Below are positions 1 through 13,351 of a stretch of 64,000 bases of DNA, piece by piece. The stretch comes from Escherichia coli (GTDB taxonomy: Bacteria > Pseudomonadota > Gammaproteobacteria > Enterobacterales > Enterobacteriaceae). Each line of letters opens with the position of its first letter. Position 1 is the first letter of the stretch. The notes under the pieces are model-generated. The model made no database searches and was not told the origin of the DNA. It worked only from the letters and a program-made list of their open reading frames with translations. The stretch lies in NCBI RefSeq assembly GCF_050320075.1, contig NZ_CP190018.1; one strand, 5' to 3'. Position numbers and translations under genes: made by a program.

Positions 1-668
1 GTTCGGCAGATCGCGAAAAACTGGAACGCTTTTCGCATTCTGAAGGCCTGGATCTGTATCTCGCCCCCGATAGTGAGATACTCGAAACCGTCGCTGGTGA
101 GATGCCCTGGTATGACTCAAACGGGTTGCGCTTAACTTTTAGCCCGCGCGATTTTATTCAGGTCAATGCGGGTGTGAACCAAAAAATGGTAGCGTGTGCG
201 TTGGAATGGCTGGATGTGCAACCTGAAGATCGCGTACTGGATCTGTTCTGCGGTATGGGCAACTTTACACTGCCATTGGCGACACAAGCTGCCAGTGTGG
301 TGGGTGTAGAAGGTGTTCCGGCGCTGGTGGAAAAAGGCCAGCAGAATGCGCGTCTTAATGACTTACACAATGTGACGTTTTATCACGAAAATCTTGAAGA
401 AGATGTCACAAAGCAGCCGTGGGCGAAAAACGGCTTCGATAAAGTGTTGCTGGACCCCGCGCGAGCAGGTGCCGCAGGTGTTATGCAGCAAATTATAAAA
501 CTGGAACCTATTCGTATAGTTTATGTATCCTGTAACCCTGCAACGCTGGCTCGGGATAGCGAAGTGTTATTAAAAGCAGGATATACCATTGCGCGACTGG
601 CGATGCTGGATATGTTCCCACACACGGGACATCTGGAATCGATGGTACTTTTCTCGCGCGTTAAATAG
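1..668 (+). CDS. rlmD: 23S rRNA (uracil-5)-methyltransferase RlmD/RumA, C-terminal part; reading frame is open from the window edge
   Basis: ORF 102..668 in frame with an open frame back to position 3; SAM-methyltransferase motifs ([15 protein letters not shown]); sits immediately upstream of relA as in enterobacteria. Confidence 0.85.
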   Translation, partial: SADREKLERFSHSEGLDLYLAPDSEILETVAGEMPWYDSNGLRLTFSPRDFIQVNAGVNQKMVACALEWLDVQPEDRVLDLFCGMGNFTLPLATQAASVVGVEGVPALVEKGQQNARLNDLHNVTFYHENLEEDVTKQPWAKNGFDKVLLDPARAGAAGVMQQIIKLEPIRIVYVSCNPATLARDSEVLLKAGYTIARLAMLDMFPHTGHLESMVLFSRVK

Positions 669-715
669 TTACGATTTGCCGATTTCGGCAGGTCTGGTCC
701 CTAAAGGAGAGGACG

Positions 716-2950
716 ATGGTTGCGGTAAGAAGTGCACATATCAATAAGGCTGGTGAATTTGATCCGGAAAAATGGATCGCAAGTCTGGGTATTACCAGCC
801 AGAAGTCGTGTGAGTGCTTAGCCGAAACCTGGGCGTATTGTCTGCAACAGACGCAGGGGCATCCGGATGCCAGTCTGTTATTGTGGCGTGGTGTTGAGAT
901 GGTGGAGATCCTCTCGACATTAAGTATGGACATTGACACGCTGCGGGCGGCGCTGTTGTTCCCTCTGGCCGATGCCAACGTAGTCAGCGAAGATGTGCTG
1001 CGTGAGAGCGTCGGTAAGTCGGTCGTTAACCTTATTCACGGCGTGCGTGATATGGCGGCGATCCGCCAGCTGAAAGCGACGCATACCGATTCTGTTTCCT
1101 CCGAACAGGTCGATAACGTTCGCCGGATGTTATTGGCGATGGTCGATGATTTTCGCTGCGTGGTCATCAAACTGGCAGAGCGTATTGCTCATCTGCGCGA
1201 AGTAAAAGATGCGCCGGAAGATGAACGTGTACTGGCGGCAAAAGAGTGCACCAATATCTACGCGCCGTTGGCGAACCGTCTTGGGATTGGACAACTGAAA
1301 TGGGAGCTGGAAGATTACTGCTTCCGTTATCTCCACCCGACCGAATACAAACGCATCGCAAAACTGCTGCATGAACGCCGTCTCGACCGCGAACACTATA
1401 TCGAAGAGTTTGTCGGCCATCTGCGCGCTGAGATGAAAGCTGAAGGCGTTAAAGCTGAAGTGTATGGTCGACCGAAACACATCTACAGCATCTGGCGCAA
1501 AATGCAGAAAAAGAACCTCGCCTTCGATGAGCTGTTTGATGTGCGTGCGGTACGTATTGTCGCCGAGCGTTTACAGGATTGCTATGCCGCACTGGGGATA
1601 GTGCACACTCACTATCGCCACCTGCCGGATGAGTTTGACGATTACGTCGCTAACCCGAAACCAAACGGTTATCAGTCTATTCATACCGTGGTTCTGGGAC
1701 CAGGTGGCAAAACCGTTGAGATCCAAATCCGCACTAAACAGATGCATGAAGATGCAGAGTTGGGTGTTGCTGCGCACTGGAAATATAAAGAGGGCGCGGC
1801 AGCTGGCGGCGCACGTTCGGGACATGAAGACCGGATTGCCTGGCTGCGTAAACTGATTGCGTGGCAGGAAGAGATGGCTGATTCCGGCGAAATGCTCGAC
1901 GAAGTACGCAGCCAGGTCTTTGACGACCGGGTGTACGTCTTTACGCCGAAAGGTGACGTCGTTGATTTGCCTGCGGGATCAACGCCGCTGGACTTCGCTT
2001 ACCACATCCACAGTGATGTCGGGCACCGCTGCATCGGGGCAAAAATTAGCGGGCGCATTGTGCCGTTCACCTACCAGCTGCAGATGGGCGACCAGATTGA
2101 AATTATCACCCAGAAACAGCCGAACCCCAGCCGTGACTGGTTAAACCCAAACCTCGGTTACGTCACAACCAGCCGTGGGCGTTCGAAAATTCACGCCTGG
2201 TTCCGTAAACAGGACCGTGACAAAAACATTCTGGCTGGGCGGCAAATCCTTGACGACGAGCTGGAACATCTGGGGATCAGCCTGAAAGAAGCAGAAAAAC
2301 ATCTGCTGCCGCGTTACAACTTCAATGATGTCGACGAGTTGCTGGCGGCAATTGGTGGCGGGGATATCCGTCTCAATCAGATGGTGAACTTCCTGCAATC
2401 GCAATTTAATAAGCCGAGTGCCGAAGAGCAGGATGCCGCCGCGCTGAAGCAACTTCAGCAAAAAAGCTATACGCCGCAAAACCGCAGTAAAGATAACGGT
2501 CGTGTGGTGGTTGAAGGTGTCGGTAACCTGATGCACCACATCGCGCGCTGCTGCCAGCCGATTCCTGGAGATGAGATTGTCGGCTTCATTACCCAGGGAC
2601 GCGGTATTTCAGTGCATCGTGCAGACTGTGAGCAACTGGCGGAACTGCGCTCCCATGCGCCAGAACGCATTGTTGACGCGGTATGGGGCGAGAGCTACTC
2701 CGCCGGATATTCGCTAGTGGTCCGCGTGGTGGCTAATGATCGTAGTGGGTTGTTACGTGATATCACGACCATTCTCGCCAACGAGAAGGTGAACGTGCTT
2801 GGCGTTGCCAGCCGTAGCGACACCAAACAGCAACTGGCGACCATCGACATGACCATTGAGATTTACAACCTGCAGGTGCTGGGTCGCGTGCTGGGTAAAC
2901 TCAACCAGGTGCCGGATGTTATCGACGCGCGTCGGTTGCACGGGAGTTAG
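716..2950 (+). CDS. relA: GTP pyrophosphokinase / (p)ppGpp synthetase I
   Basis: 744-aa ORF with RelA/SpoT synthetase region and C-terminal ACT/TGS-like region; conserved relA-mazEFG neighbourhood. Confidence 0.97.
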   Translation: MVAVRSAHINKAGEFDPEKWIASLGITSQKSCECLAETWAYCLQQTQGHPDASLLLWRGVEMVEILSTLSMDIDTLRAALLFPLADANVVSEDVLRESVGKSVVNLIHGVRDMAAIRQLKATHTDSVSSEQVDNVRRMLLAMVDDFRCVVIKLAERIAHLREVKDAPEDERVLAAKECTNIYAPLANRLGIGQLKWELEDYCFRYLHPTEYKRIAKLLHERRLDREHYIEEFVGHLRAEMKAEGVKAEVYGRPKHIYSIWRKMQKKNLAFDELFDVRAVRIVAERLQDCYAALGIVHTHYRHLPDEFDDYVANPKPNGYQSIHTVVLGPGGKTVEIQIRTKQMHEDAELGVAAHWKYKEGAAAGGARSGHEDRIAWLRKLIAWQEEMADSGEMLDEVRSQVFDDRVYVFTPKGDVVDLPAGSTPLDFAYHIHSDVGHRCIGAKISGRIVPFTYQLQMGDQIEIITQKQPNPSRDWLNPNLGYVTTSRGRSKIHAWFRKQDRDKNILAGRQILDDELEHLGISLKEAEKHLLPRYNFNDVDELLAAIGGGDIRLNQMVNFLQSQFNKPSAEEQDAAALKQLQQKSYTPQNRSKDNGRVVVEGVGNLMHHIARCCQPIPGDEIVGFITQGRGISVHRADCEQLAELRSHAPERIVDAVWGESYSAGYSLVVRVVANDRSGLLRDITTILANEKVNVLGVASRSDTKQQLATIDMTIEIYNLQVLGRVLGKLNQVPDVIDARRLHGS

Positions 2951-2959
2951 GCCGAAATT

Positions 2960-3010
2960 AGCTCGTATCTACAATGTAGATTGATATATACTGTATCTAC
3001 ATATGATAGC
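2960..3010 (+). promoter_or_regulatory. mazEF promoter/operator region with perfect palindrome atctaca-a-tgtagat
   Basis: 7-1-7 inverted repeat at about 2967..2981 directly upstream of mazE, followed by AT-rich -10-like sequence; matches the autoregulated mazEF promoter architecture. Confidence 0.6.
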
Positions 3011-3027
3011 GGTTTGAGGAAAGGGTT

Positions 3028-3276
3028 ATGATCCACAGTAGCGTAAAGCGTTGGGGAAATTCACCGGCGGTGCGGATCCCGGCTACGTTAATGCAGGCGC
3101 TCAATCTGAATATTGATGATGAAGTGAAGATTGACCTGGTGGATGGCAAATTAATTATTGAGCCAGTGCGTAAAGAGCCCGTATTTACGCTTGCTGAACT
3201 GGTCAACGACATCACGCCGGAAAACCTCCACGAGAATATCGACTGGGGAGAGCCGAAAGATAAGGAAGTCTGGTAA
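3028..3276 (+). CDS. mazE: antitoxin MazE (AbrB/SpoVT-type)
   Basis: 82-aa [30 protein letters not shown]..., stop overlaps the mazF start. Confidence 0.97.
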
Positions 3277-3611
3277 TGGTAAGCCGATACGTACCCGATA
3301 TGGGCGATCTGATTTGGGTTGATTTTGACCCGACAAAAGGTAGCGAGCAAGCCGGACATCGTCCGGCTGTTGTCCTGAGTCCGTTCATGTACAACAACAA
3401 AACAGGTATGTGTCTGTGTGTTCCTTGTACAACGCAATCAAAAGGATATCCGTTCGAAGTTGTTTTATCCGGTCAGGAACGTGATGGCGTAGCGTTAGCT
3501 GATCAGGTAAAAAGTATCGCCTGGCGGGCAAGAGGAGCAACGAAGAAAGGAACGGTTGCCCCAGAGGAATTACAGCTCATTAAAGCCAAAATTAACGTGC
3601 TGATTGGGTAG
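3276..3611 (+). CDS. mazF: mRNA interferase toxin MazF (ACA-specific endoribonuclease)
   Basis: 111-aa [38 protein letters not shown]..., overlapping gene pair with mazE. Confidence 0.97.
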   Translation: MVSRYVPDMGDLIWVDFDPTKGSEQAGHRPAVVLSPFMYNNKTGMCLCVPCTTQSKGYPFEVVLSGQERDGVALADQVKSIAWRARGATKKGTVAPEELQLIKAKINVLIG

Positions 3612-3682
3612 GTGTTACTAACTCACTTCTATTCTGGTCACAGGTTTCCACCTGACGGACCCGCAATTTTCAGGACATTCTA

Positions 3683-4474
3683 ATGAATCAAATCGACCGT
3701 TTGCTCACCATCATGCAGCGCCTGCGCGATCCGGAAAACGGCTGCCCGTGGGATAAAGAGCAGACATTTGCCACCATTGCGCCTTACACCCTTGAAGAAA
3801 CCTACGAGGTGCTGGACGCCATCGCCCGTGAAGATTTTGACGATCTTCGCGGTGAACTGGGCGATCTGCTGTTCCAGGTGGTGTTTTACGCACAAATGGC
3901 TCAGGAAGAAGGGCGCTTTGACTTTAATGATATATGCGCCGCGATCAGCGATAAATTAGAACGTCGCCATCCGCATGTTTTTGCTGACAGTTCTGCCGAA
4001 AACAGTAGTGAAGTGCTTGCCCGTTGGGAGCAAATCAAAACCGAAGAGCGCGCGCAGAAAGCGCAGCATTCGGCGCTGGACGATATTCCTCGTAGTTTAC
4101 CGGCTTTAATGCGTGCGCAAAAAATCCAGAAACGTTGCGCCAACGTTGGTTTTGACTGGACGACGCTTGGTCCGGTAGTCGATAAAGTCTACGAAGAGAT
4201 CGACGAGGTGATGTACGAGGCACGGCAGGCTGTTATCGACCAGGCTAAACTGGAGGAGGAAATGGGCGACCTGCTGTTTGCCACGGTCAATCTGGCTCGT
4301 CATTTAGGGACAAAAGCGGAAATCGTATTGCAAAAAGCGAACGAAAAATTCGAGCGTCGTTTTCGCGAAGTGGAGCGTATTGTTGCCGCGCGTGGACTGG
4401 AAATGACAGGTGTTGACCTCGAAACAATGGAAGAAGTCTGGCAACAGGTAAAACGGCAGGAAATTGATCTCTAA
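3683..4474 (+). CDS. mazG: nucleoside triphosphate pyrophosphohydrolase MazG
   Basis: 263-aa ORF with tandem MazG-type NTP-PPase domains; position after mazF. Confidence 0.95.
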   Translation: MNQIDRLLTIMQRLRDPENGCPWDKEQTFATIAPYTLEETYEVLDAIAREDFDDLRGELGDLLFQVVFYAQMAQEEGRFDFNDICAAISDKLERRHPHVFADSSAENSSEVLARWEQIKTEERAQKAQHSALDDIPRSLPALMRAQKIQKRCANVGFDWTTLGPVVDKVYEEIDEVMYEARQAVIDQAKLEEEMGDLLFATVNLARHLGTKAEIVLQKANEKFERRFREVERIVAARGLEMTGVDLETMEEVWQQVKRQEIDL

Positions 4475-4686
4475 GGGAATTACGTGGTCAAGCGCGATTT
4501 GTGTCATTTTTTAAATGACAAGCGCTTGATTTGCGTCAAAAACATTTACCCCAAAGGGGCTATTTTCTCACTCCTGATTTCAATAGTGCGCTGGCGAAGA
4601 GGAGGGATAATGAAAGTTTGTGGCACTGGTCATGTTCGGGTATACTGCTTTCCCGTCCTGGTTATTCCATCGTCTTTTCAACCTAA

Positions 4687-6339
<1,653 letters not shown>

Positions 6340-6411
6340 GTAAAAAAGTTAGAACGGCAACGCGTACCCTGGGTACGCGTTGTTTGTCTGGAGTTTCAGT
6401 TTAACTAGTGA

Positions 6412-7725
<1,314 letters not shown>

Positions 7726-7744
7726 GTCTGACTTTATCTGATTT

Positions 7745-7776
7745 AAAAATGCCAGCCTTCGGGCTGGCATTTTTTA
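7745..7776. terminator. bidirectional rho-independent terminator between convergent eno and ygcG
   Basis: aaaaatGCCAGCCttcgGGCTGGCatttttt: GC stem flanked by an A-run and a T-run. Confidence 0.8.
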
Positions 7777-7784
7777 TGGTTGAG

Positions 7785-8657
7785 TTACCAGCGACCGGAC
7801 GCGCCGCCACCGCCAGAAGAACCGCCCCCGCCGCTAAATCCGCCGCCACTTGAGCCGCCACCGGAACCGCTGTTGTCTGAATGATAACTTCTACCAGATG
7901 CTTTTTTCTGAAGTACACATAAACAGGTAAAGACCATAATGGTGGTGAAAGTAAAAAAGAAGAAAAATACAGCACTGGAAAAAGTTTTATCGGAGAACAG
8001 GAATAAATCTAAAAGATAGATTGCTGAAATACAGACACTGCTTTTACATGCGCGACAAAAATTACTGCCTTGATGAAAAAACCAGAAAGGGAAGAACATC
8101 ACTGCAAATACCCAAAAAATAGCAAAGTAATAATGATCACTGGAAGACGCTGATTCAATTTCTGAAGGATTAGCCGGATATTGGTGTTGTGAAGTGAGTT
8201 GGTTATTCAAAGCGTTTATAGCTAGCTCTAATCCCTGAGCTAATTTTTGTTGTTTAAATGCGGGTATCATGTTGCTACGGATGATATCTCCAGCCAGAGC
8301 ATCGGTTACCTTTTCTTCCAGCCCATAACCTACCTGGATGCGGACAGTACGATCCGACCAGGCAACAATGATCAGTATCCCATCATTACGTTTGGCATCT
8401 CCTAAACGCCAATTGTCAAAAACCCGTGTAGCATATTTTTCAATTGTCTCGTCTTTGGTTGTGGGAACAATTAATACAGCAATTTGCACTTGGGTATTAT
8501 TGAAAATAGATTCTAACTTGTACGTCAGTTCTTTCTTTTCTTGTGAGTTTAAGCTACTCGTAAGATCCGTAACTTGTTGCTGTAATGATGGGACAATAGT
8601 TGGTTGGGCTGCAACAAAGGAACACACGAATGTGAATATTAGTATGAAATAGCGCAT
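7785..8657 (-). CDS. ygcG: TPM-domain membrane protein YgcG with Gly/Ser-rich C-terminal tail; start chosen at MRYFILIF (signal-peptide-like), 290 aa
   Basis: ORF 7785..8702 on the minus strand; internal Met at 8657 gives a signal-peptide-like N-terminus; C-terminus [22 protein letters not shown]. Confidence 0.75.
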   Translation of the reverse strand: MRYFILIFTFVCSFVAAQPTIVPSLQQQVTDLTSSLNSQEKKELTYKLESIFNNTQVQIAVLIVPTTKDETIEKYATRVFDNWRLGDAKRNDGILIIVAWSDRTVRIQVGYGLEEKVTDALAGDIIRSNMIPAFKQQKLAQGLELAINALNNQLTSQHQYPANPSEIESASSSDHYYFAIFWVFAVMFFPFWFFHQGSNFCRACKSSVCISAIYLLDLFLFSDKTFSSAVFFFFFTFTTIMVFTCLCVLQKKASGRSYHSDNSGSGGGSSGGGFSGGGGSSGGGGASGRW

Positions 8658-8950
8658 TATAAATGTCCCATTAAAGCTGGATAAATAAATTGACGGCGGC
8701 ATCGGTAATTTGAGATTCGTTATAATTAAAAACGAACACAGAAAAAATAAGTATAATTTTGGTGAATGTTTTTGACATGATTAAATCCCTTTACTTTATT
8801 TATTTCTGACATAATACGTTACTCCCTTTTATTATTAACGATCTGTTTCTCATTTTTCTTTAAACCTGCCTGTAACAGAATGTTAATAAGACATGATTGT
8901 TGTGGCAGGATCTGCAATAATTAACAATTATCCACTTCACAGAGAATGCT

Positions 8951-9622
8951 ATGCAGTACCCGATTAACGAGATGTTCCAGACCCTGCAAGGTGAGGGTTA
9001 CTTTACCGGCGTCCCCGCCATTTTTATTCGTTTACAGGGATGCCCGGTTGGCTGTGCCTGGTGCGACACCAAACACACCTGGGAAAAGCTTGAGGATCGG
9101 GAAGTCTCCCTTTTCAGCATTCTGGCGAAGACCAAAGAGAGTGATAAGTGGGGGGCGGCGAGCAGTGAAGACTTGCTGGCTGTCATTGGTCGCCAGGGAT
9201 ACACCGCGCGGCATGTGGTGATTACGGGTGGTGAGCCTTGCATTCATGATTTGCTGCCACTTACTGACCTGCTCGAAAAGAACGGTTTTAGCTGCCAGAT
9301 AGAAACCAGCGGTACTCATGAAGTGCGTTGTACGCCGAATACCTGGGTCACCGTGTCGCCAAAGCTAAATATGCGTGGTGGTTATGAAGTATTGTCGCAA
9401 GCCCTGGAGCGAGCTAACGAAATCAAACACCCAGTTGGACGCGTACGTGATATCGAAGCACTGGATGAATTGCTTGCGACGCTGACCGATGATAAACCGC
9501 GAGTCATTGCACTGCAGCCGATTAGCCAAAAGGATGATGCCACACGTTTGTGCATTGAAACCTGCATTGCGCGTAATTGGCGTTTGTCGATGCAAACACA
9601 TAAATATTTAAATATTGCCTGA
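8951..9622 (+). CDS. queE: 7-carboxy-7-deazaguanine synthase (radical SAM) QueE
   Basis: 223-aa ORF with CxxxCxxC-type cluster motif (GCPVGCAWCDTKHTW); adjacent to a CRISPR array as for ygcF/queE. Confidence 0.93.
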   Translation: MQYPINEMFQTLQGEGYFTGVPAIFIRLQGCPVGCAWCDTKHTWEKLEDREVSLFSILAKTKESDKWGAASSEDLLAVIGRQGYTARHVVITGGEPCIHDLLPLTDLLEKNGFSCQIETSGTHEVRCTPNTWVTVSPKLNMRGGYEVLSQALERANEIKHPVGRVRDIEALDELLATLTDDKPRVIALQPISQKDDATRLCIETCIARNWRLSMQTHKYLNIA

Positions 9623-9869
9623 TTACACATTTATAAGCGTTATAAATGGGTGGAACCTGTAAAGACTTCTACTCATTTATATTCTTTGTCGCCTCTAAAA
9701 AACCTCCATTTTGCCCATCCTGGACTAATCATTATCATTTTCTACAAATTCTGTGGCGTTAATTTTTCGTTGGAGTGAAAATTATTACGTCGGAGTTTGG
9801 TGGATTTTAGTCGGTATAGAATTACTTTAAATATTTGGCTTTTCAATCAATGAATTAAGTGCTCTTTAA

Positions 9870-9960
9870 CATAATGGATGTGTTGTTTGTGTGTTTCTGT
9901 TAAGTTGGTAGATTGTGACTGACTTAAAAAATCAATAATTAATAATAGGTTATGTTTAGT
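9870..9960 (+). promoter_or_regulatory. CRISPR leader for array A (AT-rich, with conserved agttggtagattgt motif 58 bp before the first repeat)
   Basis: AT-rich sequence abutting the first repeat; motif agttggtagattgt at 9903..9916 is shared with the cas-adjacent leader at the same distance from repeat 1. Confidence 0.7.
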
Positions 9961-11209
9961 GAGTTCCCCGCGCCAGCGGGGATAAACCGTTTGCTGAGTG
10001 TGCATACACACTTGAACATCAGAGTTCCCCGCGCCAGCGGGGATAAACCGCTATCAGTAACAACCTGGTAAATATCGGTTTTGAGTTCCCCGCGCCAGCG
10101 GGGATAAACCGTTTTCGGGGCCATAAATGGCGCTCATTTATGTGAGTTCCCCGCGCCAGCGGGGATAAACCGGGAAAATAAACGCGTTATTCCTTGATGG
10201 GTGCGAGTTCCCCGCGCCAGCGGGGATAAACCGAGCAACAGGTATTTCATATGGCCTGCCGTGCTGAGTTCCCCGCGCCAGCGGGGATAAACCGGCCAGC
10301 GGCGCTGAGTACGACGACCTGATTAAGAGTTCCCCGCGCCAGCGGGGATAAACCGTCAATACAACAGCAATGCTGGAGCTGGAAAAAGAGTTCCCCGCGC
10401 CAGCGGGGATAAACCGTGGTGGGATAGCTGCTCTGCCAGCGTGTCGCGGAGTTCCCCGCGCCAGCGGGGATAAACCGTGGGCGCAGCTCATGTATTCCAA
10501 TAAGGATATGAGTTCCCCGCGCCAGCGGGGATAAACCGAGATTCGCGCAATGTACGGTAAAGACAGCACCGAGTTCCCCGCGCCAGCGGGGATAAACCGC
10601 CATTCTTGTTGTCGTTCATCAAGCGCAGGGGGAGTTTCCCGCGCCAGCGGGGATAAACCGTTTGTTTTGATGATTTATCAGTATATGAATTGGAGTTCCC
10701 CGCGCCAGCGGGGATAAACCGATTTTTGCGCGGCCTGCATGAAACCAGTGGCAAAGTTCCCCGCGCCAGCGGGGATAAACCGGTACCGTTGAGCAATGGT
10801 GGGTAAATGGTGCTGAGTTCCCCGCGCCAGCGGGGATAAACCGATTTAGATACGGCACACAGGAATGCGCTGGATGAGTTCCCCGCGCCAGCGGGGATAA
10901 ACCGCATGGGAGTCCAGATTACAAATTCCAGAATGGGAGTTCCCCGCGCCAGCGGGGATAAACCGCGCCAGTCTGAGGTTTTCCGGTCATACATCGTGAG
11001 TTCCCCGCGCCAGCGGGGATAAACCGACCGTTGCTACACATATGATCAGGCATGTGCCGAGTTCCCCGCGCCAGCGGGGATAAACCGGACGATGAGACGC
11101 CCTGGTGTGCCGCGTTCGTGAGTTCCCCGCGCCAGCGGGGATAAACCGCGTTTAGCTCCGCAATGTTGGATATCACTGATGAGTTCCCCGCACCAGCGGG
11201 AATAAACCA
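9961..11209 (+). CRISPR. CRISPR array A: 21 repeats of 29 bp (gagttccccgcgccagcggggataaaccg) and 20 spacers of 32 bp; terminal repeat degenerate
   Basis: exact 61-bp periodicity with repeat starts at 9961, 10022, 10083 ... 11120, 11181; variant repeats at 10632 (gagtttccc) and 10754 (aagttcc); last repeat gagttccccgcaccagcgggaataaaccac. Confidence 0.98.
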
Positions 11210-11680
11210 CCATATAACCCGTTATCTCTTTCTCAAGTTTTTATATTAGCAGTACTCGTATTAAGCAACATATCCACGTAACACCTCATGTTCAAAATAG
11301 CTCTCCATATATGAGAAGTTCACAATTATCGATACAAAAAATCAAATTTAATCAAAGTGTTATTTGTATAATCCTTAAACCGTTAAGAAATTTTAACATA
11401 TTATTTTTTTAATATTAATTAATGCCTGTTAATTTTTTCTTTAGAATAACAGTGTATTTTTTAAGCTTGTTATTCATTGATTAAGTAATAAATCTGGAAA
11501 TTTGTCTTTGTTTTGAGGCTAATGAGTGGTTTTACATAATCGCCTCTATACGCTGTTGATGAATAGTTCTTATGAATAAAGATATCCAGTTCATACTTTA
11601 AGTGAAAATTGATAAAGTGCGATTCGTATTGTCTTTTATTCTAAAGACATCGAGTGTAGTTAATATTCCTTGTAAAAACA

Positions 11681-11800
11681 GGGATAAACCGAACTAGTTA
11701 AAGTTTTTATTATGTTCCCTGCATCAGCGGGGATAAACCGGACTTGTTATCATTTTTTAAGTTGTCGAACTTATGTTCCCCGCGCCAGCGGGGATAACCA
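11681..11800 (+). CRISPR. degenerate CRISPR remnant: one 3' partial repeat plus two decayed repeats, no recognisable leader
   Basis: gggataaaccg at 11681..11691; atgttccctgcatcagcggggataaaccg at 11712..11740; atgttccccgcgccagcggggataacca at 11773..11800, with a 32-bp spacer between the last two. Confidence 0.75.
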
Positions 11801-11846
11801 TTCAGGTATGTTCAGGCCGGGCAGTTTCCCGCCCGGTCTTCCTCAC

Positions 11847-13325
11847 TTACGCATTCGACCAGCTCTGGATCGAATCCGCATTCCCCAATTCCCCATGCAT
11901 CACTTCATACGATTTTTTCAGGATTACATCAGTATGTTTGGTTAACTCCTTGAAAATGCCTTTATTCATCGCGTTGTAGCGTTTGGCGTTGCTCTCAACA
12001 GGCATAAAGATATCTTTCACGCGAACCATTTTGTCGACAGCCGTTGCGTAATCCGGGTATAGCCCCAGACCTACCGCCGTATTAATCGCTGCCCCCAGGC
12101 TTGCACAACCATTAATGGCGTTACGGCGTGCCGGAAGGTTGAACACGTCGGCAAAAATCTGCATAAACAGATCGCTGTTCGAACCGCCGCCAGTAATGAT
12201 CACATGCTTTGCAAAGTGATTCATTTCATTACACATATTGTCGTAATTGTTCTTCAGCGTCAGCGCCACGCTTTCCAGTATCGAACGATATATCCATGCG
12301 TAATCCATGCTGGAATCAAAGCCAATCATAATCCCGCGTTTGTACGGTTCCCACGGATTGGTCAGCCAGTCCAGCACCGTCATCAGACCATTACAGCCTG
12401 GCGGCACACAAGACGCTTTTTTGTTGAGCAAATCTTCCGGTGAAAGATCCTGTGCTTTGGCATCCTGAATTAACGACTCGCCTAACATGTCGCGTAGCCA
12501 GCTCACCGTCCACATGCCTTTGCGAATACCGTAACCTTCATACAGCAAGGTTTGCGGAATAGAAGACATAATCGGCCAGTACGCTACCGGATCTTTCGGT
12601 AGTAATTTGCCGTTCATCATCAACGCGATGTAAGTGCCAAGAGAAATTACCGCAGTTTCATCATCCAGTAACCCGGCTCCCAGTGCTTCTACCGGTTTAT
12701 CACTGGTGGTACAAACAACCGGCAGCCCAGCCGGGAAATGTGTCGCCAGCGCGGCTTGAGGAGTGATATGCCCAAGAACAGTGCCCGGCATTTGCACATC
12801 AAACAGCATATGACGGGGGATATTAAACTTCTCCATGACTGCGGCATCTTCACTCCATGCCCAGGTCTTATAATCCACCGGCCACTGACCAAAATAGTTG
12901 GCGATATTGTCTTTAAACTCGCCGGTTAAGCGATGCGTCAGATAACCCGAAAAAGAGGTGACATATGCCACGTCAGGATTCGTATGTTCGTAAGGGCGTG
13001 TAACGCGTGCATCCTGCCAGCTAATCAACGGCGCAGCTGGCGTGCCATCGGCTTTCAATAACGCACGGCAGCAACGGATGGATCCCAGACCAATACCGAC
13101 AATATCTTCTTTATTTCCGGCAAACTGACTCATCAAATCGTGACCGGCAAAGCATAATGATGCCCATAAATCGTCGTCAGGATGTTCTGCGGTATCGGCA
13201 TCTGGCGTGTGCATCGGCTGCAATAAGCCTTTGCCTTCGCAAACCACATTACCTTCCAGATCGTACATCACCACTTTTGTGCTCTGACTTCCACCATCAA
13301 TCCCTATGATGTATTTTTTCGACAT
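11847..13325 (-). CDS. ygcE: FGGY-family carbohydrate kinase
   Basis: 492-aa ORF MSKKYIIGIDGGSQSTKVVMYDLEG...; FGGY kinase N- and C-domain signatures. Confidence 0.85.
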   Translation of the reverse strand: MSKKYIIGIDGGSQSTKVVMYDLEGNVVCEGKGLLQPMHTPDADTAEHPDDDLWASLCFAGHDLMSQFAGNKEDIVGIGLGSIRCCRALLKADGTPAAPLISWQDARVTRPYEHTNPDVAYVTSFSGYLTHRLTGEFKDNIANYFGQWPVDYKTWAWSEDAAVMEKFNIPRHMLFDVQMPGTVLGHITPQAALATHFPAGLPVVCTTSDKPVEALGAGLLDDETAVISLGTYIALMMNGKLLPKDPVAYWPIMSSIPQTLLYEGYGIRKGMWTVSWLRDMLGESLIQDAKAQDLSPEDLLNKKASCVPPGCNGLMTVLDWLTNPWEPYKRGIMIGFDSSMDYAWIYRSILESVALTLKNNYDNMCNEMNHFAKHVIITGGGSNSDLFMQIFADVFNLPARRNAINGCASLGAAINTAVGLGLYPDYATAVDKMVRVKDIFMPVESNAKRYNAMNKGIFKELTKHTDVILKKSYEVMHGELGNADSIQSWSNA

Positions 13326-13351
13326 GATTTTTCTCCTGTAATTTTCTGGAC

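Noticed and set aside
8674-8778. 35-codon minus-strand ORF ([35 protein letters not shown]) upstream of ygcG
   Set aside because: AT-rich promoter region, no clear ribosome-binding site, no family resemblance; cannot be supported without expression or conservation data.
9939-11176. Several ORF-track proteins inside the CRISPR arrays (e.g. 10138..10569, 10247..10603, 10488..10994) with repeating VYPRWRGEL / FIPAGAGNS / GLSPLARGT motifs
   Set aside because: They are translations of the 29-bp repeat in different frames on the minus strand; the periodic peptide motifs mirror the 61-bp repeat-spacer periodicity and are not genes.
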